Shown here in pieces: positions 54,227 to 63,557 of a stretch of DNA of 64,000 bases; position 1 is the stretch's first letter, and each line of letters opens with the position of its first letter. The notes below the pieces were generated by a model. That model did not search any database. It was not told the origin of the DNA and was given only the letters and a program-made list of their open reading frames with translations. A program made the translations under genes and the position numbers. This stretch comes from an uncultured Spirochaetaceae bacterium (GTDB lineage Bacteria > Myxococcota_A > UBA9160 > UBA4427), in contig CAZMFM010000011.1 in assembly GCA_964565565.1 (NCBI GenBank), positions 1,152-65,151 on the forward strand, given 5' to 3'.

Positions 54227-55222
54227 TCAGACGCGCCGAATCAGGACGATGCGCCCCAGGATTTCCTCGGGCGGTTCGATCGGCGGTTCTGTGATTTCGA
54301 TTCGCCGCCCCACGACCTGCACGAGCCGGACTCCCTCGTCGGTTTTGGCGAAGCCCTTCGCTCGCAAGAGCCCTTCGTTGGTCAACTTTTCTTCGATCTC
54401 AGCGCAGGGGGTTCCGGCCGGAACTTTCCATTCGCTGGTCTCGAAATGCTCGTGACTGTGAGGCCGCGACGCGGGCGCGGGGCCGCGGCGATCGAGTTCT
54501 CCCACGTCCGGGGGGAAGAGCAGGTCGAGGTCGAGGTCGCCGCGGATGGCGTGAACACACGGCGCTTCGGGCTCGATTTCCCGAAGAAGCTTTTCGACGT
54601 CTGCACGTTCCTCCTCGGGAACGAGGTCGATCTTGTTCAGGATCAACAGATCCGCAGACTGGACCTGATCCTCGAAGGTGCCTTCGAGGTCGCGGCCTTC
54701 GCGAAGCTGGTCAGCGTTCACGACAACGACGGCCATATCGTCTCCGATGAAATCACAGGCCGGTTCGCGCCAGAAATTCAACTGGGTGTCGTAGGGCAGG
54801 GCGACGCCCGAGGTCTCGATCACGAAGCGGTCCGGGTCGACCTCTCTGTGTAGTTGCTCGAGGGTGTCGAGCAGATCATCGCTGAGCTCACAGCAAACGC
54901 AGCCGCCTTCGAGTTCGACGTAGAGCTGATCGCCGCCACCGAGCAAGGCGCGATCGATCCCGAGTTCCCCGAGTTCGTTCGAAATCAGCGCGATCCGGAT
55001 TCCGCGCCGCTTGGCGTCTTCGAGCAAGCGTTGTACGACCGTCGTCTTTCCGGAGCCGAGAAAGCCGGACAGGACCAGGGCTGGGACACGCCTTGGGATG
55101 GCGGGGTCGGCATTGACGGCATTGACGGCATTGACGGCATTGTCGCCGCTGCCGGAGCCGTCGGTCGAATCCCGGCGCGGGCTCTTTTTGGATCGATCAT
55201 TTCCTTCGACCTCTTTGGACAT
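54227..55222 (-). CDS. COG0523/CobW-family GTPase metallochaperone
   Basis: P-loop GFLGSGKTT, CxCC motif GGCVCCEL and a His-rich stretch RPHSHEH. Start at MSKEVEG (55222). The remainder of the 772-aa track ORF is antisense to gor. Confidence 0.85.
   Translation of the reverse strand: MSKEVEGNDRSKKSPRRDSTDGSGSGDNAVNAVNAVNADPAIPRRVPALVLSGFLGSGKTTVVQRLLEDAKRRGIRIALISNELGELGIDRALLGGGDQLYVELEGGCVCCELSDDLLDTLEQLHREVDPDRFVIETSGVALPYDTQLNFWREPACDFIGDDMAVVVVNADQLREGRDLEGTFEDQVQSADLLILNKIDLVPEEERADVEKLLREIEPEAPCVHAIRGDLDLDLLFPPDVGELDRRGPAPASRPHSHEHFETSEWKVPAGTPCAEIEEKLTNEGLLRAKGFAKTDEGVRLVQVVGRRIEITEPPIEPPEEILGRIVLIRRV
55109..55144. repeat. 9-nt tandem repeat (ggcattgac x3 plus one imperfect) encoding (NAV)n in the COG0523 N-terminal extension
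   Basis: Read directly. In-frame. Confidence 0.95.
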
Positions 55223-55334
55223 GCTGTCTCTCCTGCGGAGTCTGGCCAGGGCGCGCTCTGTCGTCGACTGGCTGTGTCCGGTGAAATCTGGTGGGCTGTG
55301 ATCGTTCGAAGGAATGAAATAGTGAAATAATGAA

Positions 55335-55357
55335 ATAGAGGAATCGAGATGGGAATG
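55335..55357. promoter_or_regulatory. three TGAAATA direct repeats at 8-bp spacing in the AT-rich COG0523/gor divergent promoter region (candidate metalloregulator operator)
   Basis: TGAAATA at 55335, 55343 and 55351. Related GTGAAATC at 55301 and AAATGAGATAG at 55384. Confidence 0.35.
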
Positions 55358-55444
55358 AGAACCAAATGAGATAGCACCTTGCGCTGGAAGTCGAATCTGC
55401 GCCTGTGACGGGCAAGTAGGGCTATCGTCCGGCTTTCTGGTGGC

Positions 55445-56821
55445 GTGATCGAGGAGGAATACGTGGCAGATCGGGATTTTGATCTTTTTGTGATCGGTGC
55501 CGGCTCGGGGGGCGTTCGCGCTGCGCGATTTTCGAGTGATCGCGGCGCGCGCGTGGCCATCGCCGAGGAGCGCTATCTCGGTGGAACCTGCGTCAACGTC
55601 GGCTGCATACCCAAGAAGCTCTTCGTCTATGCCTCGCATTTTCGCGACGAAATCGAGAGTGCAACCTCGGGCTTCGGTTGGACTGTGCCTGCCAAGAGTT
55701 TTGACTGGCCGACGCTGCGCGACAACAAGACACGCGAAATCGAACGATTGAACGGGATCTACGACGGGTTGCTCAGCGGCTCGGGTGTGCGGCACGTCGA
55801 GGGTCGCGCGACGATCGTCGATGCACACACGGTCGAGGTCGCTGGCAAGCGTTTCAGCACCGAAAATATTCTCGTCGCGACCGGGGGTTGGCCGACAGTG
55901 CCCGAGATTCCGGGGTCGGAATGGGCACTCACTTCGAACGAGATGTTCTATCTCGAAGAGTTGCCGGAGAAGGCGATCATCGTCGGCGGCGGTTACATCG
56001 CGGTCGAGTTTGCCTGCATCCTCCATGGCCTGGGCGTTGAAGTCACCCAACTCTATCGGGGGCCTCTCTTTCTTCGTGGCTTCGATGGCGACGTGCGGAA
56101 TCATCTTGCGGAGGAAATCCGTGGTCGCGGCATCGATCTCCGGTTCGAAACGAATGCGACCGCCATCGAAAAGACTGAAACGGGCATTCGCGCGACGTTG
56201 ACCGATGGCTCGACGCTCGATGCGGGTTTGATCCTTTTTGCGACGGGCCGTCACCCGTTGACCGCGAATCTGGGCCTCGAGGACGTCGGCGTCGAATTGG
56301 CGGGCAGCGGCGCGATCGTGGTGGATGAATACTCGCGTACGAATGTGCAGAGCATCTGGGCGATCGGGGACGTGACGGATCGTCTCAATCTTACGCCGGT
56401 CGCGATTCACGAGGGGGTCTGCCTGTCGGAGACGCTCTTCAACGACAATCCACGATCGCCGGACCACGAATGCGTTCCGGCGGCCGTCTTTAGTCAACCG
56501 CCCGTCGGTACGGTGGGACTGACGGAAGAGCAGGCACGCGAACAATACGACGAAATCGATGTCTACCGCTCGACGTTTCGCGCGCTCAAGGAAACACTGA
56601 CCGGTGGACGGGAGCGGGTGATGATGAAGCTACTCGTTGACCGCAAGAGCGATCGCGTGATCGGGCTTCATATGATCGGTCCGGATGCCGGGGAGATCGT
56701 GCAGGGATTCGCGGTGGCGATCAAGGCGGGGGCGACGAAGGCCGACTTCGACGCGACGATCCCGATTCACCCGACCTCGGCCGAGGAGTTCGTCACGATG
56801 AGGACGCCGGTGGCCGACTGA
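55445..56821 (+). CDS. gor: glutathione-disulfide reductase
   Basis: DLFVIGAGSGGVRAA, redox-active GGTCVNVGCIPKK, and a C-terminal HPTSAEE motif. The GTG start is uncertain. Confidence 0.88.
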   Translation: MIEEEYVADRDFDLFVIGAGSGGVRAARFSSDRGARVAIAEERYLGGTCVNVGCIPKKLFVYASHFRDEIESATSGFGWTVPAKSFDWPTLRDNKTREIERLNGIYDGLLSGSGVRHVEGRATIVDAHTVEVAGKRFSTENILVATGGWPTVPEIPGSEWALTSNEMFYLEELPEKAIIVGGGYIAVEFACILHGLGVEVTQLYRGPLFLRGFDGDVRNHLAEEIRGRGIDLRFETNATAIEKTETGIRATLTDGSTLDAGLILFATGRHPLTANLGLEDVGVELAGSGAIVVDEYSRTNVQSIWAIGDVTDRLNLTPVAIHEGVCLSETLFNDNPRSPDHECVPAAVFSQPPVGTVGLTEEQAREQYDEIDVYRSTFRALKETLTGGRERVMMKLLVDRKSDRVIGLHMIGPDAGEIVQGFAVAIKAGATKADFDATIPIHPTSAEEFVTMRTPVAD

Positions 56822-56822
56822 G

Positions 56823-58217
56823 ATGCGTCGGGGTTCCGGATTCGCAATCGCCTTGCTATGCGCCGTGTTGCTATTCGGCGGTATGCGACCCGTGCCTGCG
56901 GCGTCGCAGGAAAAGACGCCCGATCTCGCGGCCCCGGAAATGGAGTCCGTCTACGATCCCTATCGTGGAATGGACGCCGACGGGCGCATCCCGAAGGTCG
57001 ATAAATCGGCCTATGTGAGTCGGCCCGAGCGCTGGCGATATATTCCAGAAGGGCGAATCAAGCCCGGCAGTTTCCTGGATCGATTTCTCGTCTCGAGTTT
57101 CATCGTTCCCCTGGTCTTCGCGAACTCTGATGTCGGAACCGGGTTGGGTCTGGCGCTGACCGATATCGACTTTCGAAAGCAGCGTCGTCGAGAATTCCTC
57201 GGTGGCTTCTTCTCCTATACGACGGAAGGCCAGCAAAGCTATGTGCTTCGCTGGCGTCGTTGGTTGAAGCATATGGATGTGCCGGGTGGTGGTGTGCTTC
57301 AGGAGGAGCGGAGCTTCGTGCGAGCGGGCGGGGGCTACCGAAAGACCCTGACGCGTCGCTTCTACGGCATCGGTCCTGGGACGAAAGAACGCGATGAGAC
57401 GAGCTTTACGGATGAGGTGGCTTTCCTCGATCTTGGGTTGTCCAAGTCGCTAGAGGGCGTGTTCGAGGATGTCGTCCTCGATCTCGGGCTGCTCGGCGAA
57501 GCCCATTGGTTGGCGCGCGGGCGTGCCGGCGGGGTTCCCTCGACGGACGAGCCTCCGATCGATGGCGGCTTTCCGGAACTTTTCCGCGAGGCCGACGGTG
57601 TGGGATTGGGTTGGCTGCGCGCGGGCATTCGTTGGGACACTCGGGACAGCCAGCGAAACGCCTATCGCGGGACCGCTATCGCTGCACGCGTCGATGCGGC
57701 GTTGGCCCAATCCAAACGCAAGGTCGGGGCGATCTACACGATCACGGCGGACCAGATTTTTCCAGTCTGGCCCATCTTTCATGATGGCGGGAGTGAAACC
57801 GAAGAACATCCGCCGACGGATTCCTTTGCCCTGCATTTCGAGACCCGGATGAGTTCGGGCGACCTGCCATTCTTTGTTCGGCCCACACTCGGTGGCTCGC
57901 ACCTGATGCGCGGGTATATCGCCGGGCGTTGGCGCGACGATGCGTTCTGGACGGCCGCCGCCGAGTATCGCTTCTGGGTCATCCCGCGCGGTTTTACGGT
58001 CTGGCGACACATTCGCGTCGAGCGAATCGGGGCAGCGGTCTTCTATGAAGTGGGCGCTGTGGCTGCGAATGGGCTGGATTTTTTCTCCGAGACGGTCAGG
58101 CAGAGTTATGGCGTGAGCGCGCGGGTGACCATGGAGCGGGCCGCGCTCTTTCGGGCTGATTTCGGCTTTTCAGATGAAGGCTTCAATTTCTCGGCTGGAT
58201 TTGGCCTGGCGTTCTAG
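56823..58217 (+). CDS. Omp85/BamA-family (surface antigen D15) outer-membrane beta-barrel protein
   Basis: Signal peptide. The C-terminal barrel ends ...FNFSAGFGLAF with a terminal Phe. Contains ...LGGSHLMRGY..., typical of the family. Confidence 0.75.
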   Translation: MRRGSGFAIALLCAVLLFGGMRPVPAASQEKTPDLAAPEMESVYDPYRGMDADGRIPKVDKSAYVSRPERWRYIPEGRIKPGSFLDRFLVSSFIVPLVFANSDVGTGLGLALTDIDFRKQRRREFLGGFFSYTTEGQQSYVLRWRRWLKHMDVPGGGVLQEERSFVRAGGGYRKTLTRRFYGIGPGTKERDETSFTDEVAFLDLGLSKSLEGVFEDVVLDLGLLGEAHWLARGRAGGVPSTDEPPIDGGFPELFREADGVGLGWLRAGIRWDTRDSQRNAYRGTAIAARVDAALAQSKRKVGAIYTITADQIFPVWPIFHDGGSETEEHPPTDSFALHFETRMSSGDLPFFVRPTLGGSHLMRGYIAGRWRDDAFWTAAAEYRFWVIPRGFTVWRHIRVERIGAAVFYEVGAVAANGLDFFSETVRQSYGVSARVTMERAALFRADFGFSDEGFNFSAGFGLAF

Positions 58218-58304
58218 CAGGATGCGGAGGAATTCCTCTCGTCGCGACGCGTCCGTCTTTCACATCCTGGTCGTGCGCAGCGCGGTCGCTGCTAGCTTTG
58301 CTTG

Positions 58305-58913
58305 ATGGATCGCGCGGACCTTCTCGAACTTCTGGATCGCTATCAGGAACGTCATCCCGACGAGGTCGCCACGACCGAACGGATTAGACGATTGATTGTC
58401 GAGGTCGAGGGATGTTTTCATCGCGATTGTTTTCCCGGTCATATCACCTCGTCGGCCTGGATCGTTTCGCGGGAAAACGGTGCCGCACTCCTGACGAACC
58501 ACCGAAAGCTCGGGCGCTGGCTGCAGCTGGGTGGCCATGCGGATGGCGAGACCGACGTGCTTGCCTCGGCACGACGCGAGGCGGAAGAGGAATCGGGCAT
58601 GCAGGATTTCGAGCCCCTTCCGCTCGCTGGGCAATGCGAGATCCTCGATCTCGACGTGCACGACATTCCGGCACGCGGTGAAGAGCCCCTTCACCAGCAC
58701 CACGATATTCGCTTCTTGCTCGAAGTCTCGGATCAGCAACCGATCTCCTGCCAGGAAGCCGAGTCGAAGGAAGTCCGTTGGTTCTCGCCGGACGAGATCG
58801 CCGTACACATCGACGAGGAGAGCCTGGCCCGGATGGCTCGGAAGGCCTCCGAGTGGCTCTCGCAGAGGCGGCCAGGCAGCACAGGCCGAGGATCTCGACC
58901 TTCAGGGGGCTGA
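58305..58913 (+). CDS. NUDIX hydrolase
   Basis: Nudix box GGHADGETDVLASARREAEEESGM. Confidence 0.85.
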   Translation: MDRADLLELLDRYQERHPDEVATTERIRRLIVEVEGCFHRDCFPGHITSSAWIVSRENGAALLTNHRKLGRWLQLGGHADGETDVLASARREAEEESGMQDFEPLPLAGQCEILDLDVHDIPARGEEPLHQHHDIRFLLEVSDQQPISCQEAESKEVRWFSPDEIAVHIDEESLARMARKASEWLSQRRPGSTGRGSRPSGG

Positions 58914-59112
58914 TCTCTGAACCCTCGGCCAACGTGGGGTGTCCCGAAGGGAGGAGGTATTCTTCCCAATCGCTCAACCCGGGTAGGTCGGATACGACAA
59001 ATCGCGTCGGTCCATCCCGATCGGTCAACCTCATCTCGAACTGAGAGCATCTAGAGCGAGAGATTGACAAAAGGGCACTCGGCACGACCTTTGCGAAGAA
59101 GGAATTGATATA

Positions 59113-59121
59113 TGGTATAAT
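59113..59121 (+). promoter_or_regulatory. extended -10 promoter element TGgTATAAT
   Basis: Perfect TATAAT at 59116-59121 with TG at 59113-59114, in an AT-rich patch 30 nt upstream of the ATG at 59152. A possible -35 TTGCGA sits 19 nt upstream. Confidence 0.45.
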
Positions 59122-59151
59122 CACCGCACATGGAGGGGCGGAGGTCGCATC

Positions 59152-59757
59152 ATGCGACGCGAGGTCGAGATCGTAAGGGCCGTTGAGGCCAGTAGCGGGT
59201 TTCCCGGGCAGATCGCCCTCTGGGCCCCCAGGGAAGATTTGTCAGCGAAGCGACCCAGGCTCGCGTTGATCAGCTTCCTGGCCACGACCTCCTTGCTCCT
59301 GCTCGCCGCGCCCGCGGTCCTGGCACAGACGCCTCGCTCCATCGACCTTGATGGCATCGCACCGCCCGCGGCCATGGCGCTGCTCGCCCTGTCCACGGAC
59401 ATTCCCGCTGGGATCGCCACGGAAGTTCCGGACCAGGTCGTGCCGGCCGAACCGCTTCCCGACGCGCCGATTGTCGTTGAACGCTCGGAGGCAGCAGTCC
59501 CGGTCCTCGAAGCACTGCTCACGCTTCGGGCACGCCGCTTCGGCTTGTCGCGGACGAGAACCACGGATGAGTTGATCGCGGCTGCGGTTGCGTTGGGCAA
59601 CAATCCGGATCTCGAACCCAGGAATCCCTTTCGCAAGCACAGCCGAGACCTCTTCCGGACAGAACGGCCGGTCACGATCGGGCAGACAGATATGGTGGTG
59701 CGTCTGCGTCTGCGAGCAAAGGCCCGCCGTGCGGTGTCCGTCGAGTTCCGTTACTAG
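59152..59757 (+). CDS. hypothetical secreted protein
   Basis: Internal signal-like segment LALISFLATTSLLLLAAPAVLAQ. No recognisable domain. The stop TAG lies in the CTAG flanking the MITE-like element. Confidence 0.55.
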   Translation: MRREVEIVRAVEASSGFPGQIALWAPREDLSAKRPRLALISFLATTSLLLLAAPAVLAQTPRSIDLDGIAPPAAMALLALSTDIPAGIATEVPDQVVPAEPLPDAPIVVERSEAAVPVLEALLTLRARRFGLSRTRTTDELIAAAVALGNNPDLEPRNPFRKHSRDLFRTERPVTIGQTDMVVRLRLRAKARRAVSVEFRY

Positions 59758-59919
59758 GAGCCTGACCCAAGACTCTCGTGGGAAGCCCGAGCGTCGAGGC
59801 GCGCCGTTGGCAAGGCGCGGAGCCGCAGCTGTAGCTGGCTACAGCAAGGTTTCGCAACGCCGCCAGCGGTGATGCATCGGCGATCGGGCGTCGCGACGAG
59901 TCTTGGGTCAGGCTCCTAG
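59754..59919. mobile_element. MITE-like non-autonomous element: 158 bp with perfect 18-bp terminal inverted repeats, flanked by CTAG on both sides
   Basis: Left TIR gagcctgacccaagactc (59758-59775) and right TIR gagtcttgggtcaggctc (59898-59915). CTAG at 59754-57 and 59916-19. Internal hairpin gctgtagc/gctacagc. No ORF inside. Confidence 0.55.
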
Positions 59920-59961
59920 GAGCCCCCGCCGTCAGGCATCACGCCCAGCGATGTGCCGGCT

Positions 59962-61311
59962 ATGCTCAGTCCCCATGAAGAGCCCGTCGCCGACCTGCTT
60001 GAATTCATCGATCGCTCCCCGACGCCTTATCACGCCGTTGCGAGTGCGGCGGCCCGGCTCGAAGCCGGCGGCTATCGGCGTATCGAGGAGTCGGATCTCT
60101 GGACACTTCGCTCTGGAGATCGATGTTACGTCGTGCGTGGCGGCGGTAGCCTGGCCGCCTTCGAGGTGGGCGCGCGGACGCCGGCCGAGGTGGGATTTCG
60201 AATCGTGGGCGCCCATACCGACTCGCCCAACCTACGTGTGAAGCCGAAGCCCGACGTTCGCGCGCACGGCCTCCATCAGCTCGCCGTCGAAACTTATGGC
60301 GGTGTTTTGCTGCATACCTGGCTCGATCGCGATCTCTCGCTGGCCGGTCGGGTCACGCTTCGCGACGGTCGGGGTACGCGGACGGAGTTGGTCGATTTCG
60401 CACGCCCATTGTTGCGCGTGCCGAGTCTTGCGATCCATCTCTATCGCGAACTCAGTCAGGAAGGCTTGAAACTCAACGCCCAGAAGCATCTCGTCCCCGT
60501 CCTCGGCTTGACCGCTTCAAACGAGGACTCGACCCTGGCAAGCCTATTGGCGGGTGAGCTTGGGAGAGAGATGTCGGCGAAGGGCGGGGCGGCGCCAGAA
60601 GCCGCTGACATTCTTGCCTATGACTTGATGGCCTACGACGTTCAGCCCGCCGCGCTCTCGGGAGCGGACGGCGAATTCATCCATGCTGCACGGCTCGACA
60701 ATCTTGCTTCGAGTCATGCGGGGTTGTCCGCGCTGATCGCTGCAGGCTCGTCGGGGGTCGCCGATTCGACCCGCGTGGTCGTTCTCTACGACCATGAGGA
60801 AGTGGGTAGTCGCAGCTCAACCGGTGCCGGTGGGACCTTTCTGAGTGATCTGCTCGAACGCATTGCGGTTGCGGTCGCCGAGGCGTCGGGTGAGGACAAG
60901 GAACAGGCGTCTGCGCGGGCGGCGGCACGTTCGTGGTTGGTGTCTGCGGACATGGCGCATGCGGTGCATCCCAACTATGCCGATCGACACGAACCGGGAC
61001 ATCGTCCGCGACTCGGTGGCGGTCCGGTGATCAAGACGAATGCGAACCAGTCCTATGCGACGGATGCCGAGAGTGCGGGATTCTTTGCGGCGCTTTGTGA
61101 GCGCGTCGGCGTGACGCCCCAGGATTTCGTGACGCGAAGCGACCTCGGTTGCGGCTCGACGATCGGGCCGATCAGTGCGGCCCGGGTCGGGATTCGCACG
61201 GTCGATGTTGGAACCCCGATGCTTTCGATGCATTCCTGTCGGGAGATGGCGGCGTCGGCGGACGTGGTGCCGATGATCTCGGTGCTCACTGAGTTTTTCG
61301 CCGGGCAATAG
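59962..61311 (+). CDS. M18 family (aspartyl) aminopeptidase
   Basis: SPTPYHAV, GAHTDSPNLRVKP, DHEEVGS and MLSMHS motifs. ATG at 59962 is preferred over GTG at 59953. Confidence 0.88.
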   Translation: MLSPHEEPVADLLEFIDRSPTPYHAVASAAARLEAGGYRRIEESDLWTLRSGDRCYVVRGGGSLAAFEVGARTPAEVGFRIVGAHTDSPNLRVKPKPDVRAHGLHQLAVETYGGVLLHTWLDRDLSLAGRVTLRDGRGTRTELVDFARPLLRVPSLAIHLYRELSQEGLKLNAQKHLVPVLGLTASNEDSTLASLLAGELGREMSAKGGAAPEAADILAYDLMAYDVQPAALSGADGEFIHAARLDNLASSHAGLSALIAAGSSGVADSTRVVVLYDHEEVGSRSSTGAGGTFLSDLLERIAVAVAEASGEDKEQASARAAARSWLVSADMAHAVHPNYADRHEPGHRPRLGGGPVIKTNANQSYATDAESAGFFAALCERVGVTPQDFVTRSDLGCGSTIGPISAARVGIRTVDVGTPMLSMHSCREMAASADVVPMISVLTEFFAGQ

Positions 61312-61420
61312 TCTGGCCGGGACCAACTATTGGACTTGCCAGGCGTTGCAGGAACCCGGACGCTTCGAGCTGCGGCGTGTGGGCAGGCTTACAAAGTGTT
61401 GTTAGAAGGAGGAGAGAATC

Positions 61421-61891
61421 ATGAAGGGCAATGCAGAAGTCATCGAGGGACTCAATGAGGTCCTGGCGGCAGAGTTGGCGGCGATCAATCAATATTTCAT
61501 CCATCACAAGATGTGCGCGGATTGGGGATACGATCGCCTGTCCAGCAAAAAGCGCGAAGAGTCCATAGAAGAGATGAAACATGCCGAAGTCGTGATCGAG
61601 CGAATTCTCTTTCTCGACGGCATTCCCAAGATGCAAAAAATGAATCCGGTTCGAGTCGGCGAAAATCCGATCGAACAGCATGAACTGGATCTTGCGCTGG
61701 AATTGGATGCCGTCACTCGACTCAACGAAGCGATTGCTACGGCGACCAAGAAGGCGGACAACGGCACGCGCGAGCTGCTCGAGACCATCCTCAAAGACGA
61801 GGAAGAATCCGTCGACTGGCACGAGGCCCAACTGAGCCTGGTCAAGGAGATCGGAAAAGAGCGCTACCTCGCCGAAATGATCAACGGCTGA
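61421..61891 (+). CDS. bfr: bacterioferritin
   Basis: MKGNAEVIEGLNEVLAAELAAINQYFIHHKM..., with the heme-ligand Met region EEMKHAE. 156 aa with a GGAGGAG RBS. Confidence 0.95.
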   Translation: MKGNAEVIEGLNEVLAAELAAINQYFIHHKMCADWGYDRLSSKKREESIEEMKHAEVVIERILFLDGIPKMQKMNPVRVGENPIEQHELDLALELDAVTRLNEAIATATKKADNGTRELLETILKDEEESVDWHEAQLSLVKEIGKERYLAEMING

Positions 61892-61913
61892 CGAATAGCG
61901 GAGTCCTCGTCGC

Positions 61914-63557
61914 CTAACTCGCGAGCAGGGCCCGACCGATCACCTTCAATTCGAGAATCGGCTTCACGCCCTCGAAGATCGGCAAGACTGTGGCATCGAC
62001 GACGTAGCGGCTGATCGGATACTCTTCGGCATAGCCCCAACCGCCATGCATCAGCTGCCCGAGCTGGGTCGTCGTGACGGCGACATCACAGGCGAGCAAT
62101 TTGGCCTGGGCAGCGAGCGGTGCGGCGGCACGTTCGTCGATGTCGAAGGCGCGGGCGGCGGCGTAGGTGATCGCTCGGGCGCCGGCGATCTGTGCGGCCA
62201 TCTTGCCCAGCGTGTATTGGGTCAGTTGGAATTCCGAAATCGGCTGATCGAATTGCTTGCGATCGACGACGTATTTCGCGGTCTCTTCGAGGGCGGCCTG
62301 CGCCAAACCGCAGCCGCGTCCGCTGGTTTGCAGTCGGCCCGCGCCGAAGCCGGCCATCTGCAGATAGAACCCGCGACCCTCACCCTTCTCGCCGCCTACT
62401 AGATGATCGGCGGGTACGAAGTAGTTTTCGAAGTTGATCGTATAGGAATGCATCCCGCGGTAGCCGGGGGTCGCGTCGGCCTTTCCGACCAGGCGGCCAC
62501 CGCCCGGCTGCTTGCATTCGAAGGTGTGTTCGCGGGAGGCTTCCTTGGGAACGATGAAAAGAGACAGGCCCTTGGCACCCTTCGACATGTCGGGATCCGT
62601 GCGCAGCAGCACTGCCAGGACGTTTGCGCGGCCGGCAAACGTGCACCAGGCCTTTGGTCCGTCGATCAACCAACCGTCGACGCCATCGACCGTGCCACGG
62701 GTCGCTCGACAGCGAACCCCCGAGACGTCGGAGCCGATATCGGGCTCGGTGACCGAGATGCCGGCCATGATCTCGCCCGAGGCGAGCTTCGGGAGCCAAT
62801 GCTTCTTCTGCTCTTCCGTTCCGCCGCCTAGAAGCGCTTTGGCGAGGATTTCGGGTCGGGTGATGAGTGAACCGGCGCCGGCCAGGGACGCGCGGGAAAG
62901 TTCTTCGGTGGTCAGGATCATGGCGAGGTTGCCCATCTCGACGCCTCCGTATTCTTCTGGAACCGAAAGTCCGAAGAAGCCGAGTTCGGACATCTTCTCG
63001 ATGAACGCCTCGGGGATCATCGCGTCGGTGCGATGGATATGTTCGGCGTGGGGCATGATCTCCTGCAACGCGAATTCGCGCACTTGATCACGCACTTGTT
63101 CGTGCATTTCGTCGAGCACCCAGTCGTTCGTGCCCTTCGTCTCGGCCACGGATACACCGATCTCGCGCAGGCTCGCCTCGGAGGTCGTGCGACGAAGCGC
63201 GGCGCGCACGTCCACGCCGAAAGCCGACTCGACCGCTTCGTCCCCGATACCCAGATCGTCGGCGGCGGACGACAAACGCTCTCGCAGATTCGTCATCAAT
63301 TCGCCGACGGCCGCGATTGCGGTCTTCTCGCGCATCGGTGTCAGCTTGCCGTCAGCTGCCCAATTGTCGAGTTCGGCCAGGACTTCGTGGGCTGCGACGG
63401 CTTCGGTCGCCGCATAGGCAACGCGCTCAGTGATCACCTGATGGTCATCGATCTTCTTGCCGCCGGAGGTCATTTCCTTCGCAGCGGCTACGGCATCCGC
63501 CAAGAGTTGTGAGCCGGCAGCGAGAATGAGTCGGGCGTCGTCCTGGGTGGCAGTCAT
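61914..63557 (-). CDS. acyl-CoA dehydrogenase family protein with an approx 150-aa N-terminal extension
   Basis: ACAD middle and C-terminal patterns (ISVTEPDIGSD, QLMHGGWGYAEEYPISRY). Confidence 0.85.
   Translation of the reverse strand: MTATQDDARLILAAGSQLLADAVAAAKEMTSGGKKIDDHQVITERVAYAATEAVAAHEVLAELDNWAADGKLTPMREKTAIAAVGELMTNLRERLSSAADDLGIGDEAVESAFGVDVRAALRRTTSEASLREIGVSVAETKGTNDWVLDEMHEQVRDQVREFALQEIMPHAEHIHRTDAMIPEAFIEKMSELGFFGLSVPEEYGGVEMGNLAMILTTEELSRASLAGAGSLITRPEILAKALLGGGTEEQKKHWLPKLASGEIMAGISVTEPDIGSDVSGVRCRATRGTVDGVDGWLIDGPKAWCTFAGRANVLAVLLRTDPDMSKGAKGLSLFIVPKEASREHTFECKQPGGGRLVGKADATPGYRGMHSYTINFENYFVPADHLVGGEKGEGRGFYLQMAGFGAGRLQTSGRGCGLAQAALEETAKYVVDRKQFDQPISEFQLTQYTLGKMAAQIAGARAITYAAARAFDIDERAAAPLAAQAKLLACDVAVTTTQLGQLMHGGWGYAEEYPISRYVVDATVLPIFEGVKPILELKVIGRALLAS

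Noticed and set aside
55223-56545. N-terminal 440 aa of the 772-aa minus-strand ORF 54227..56545
   Set aside because: Only the C-terminal 331 aa (from MSKEVEG) are COG0523-like. The rest is antisense to gor and crosses the AT-rich intergenic region.
59754-59919. Inverted-repeat element as an intrinsic terminator, integron attC site, retron msr/msd or riboswitch
   Set aside because: - No U-tract follows the stem.
- The ends do not resemble attC R'/R'' cores.
- There is no reverse transcriptase or integrase nearby.
- There is no known riboswitch signature.
TIR plus CTAG duplication fits a MITE best. A structured RNA is not fully excluded.
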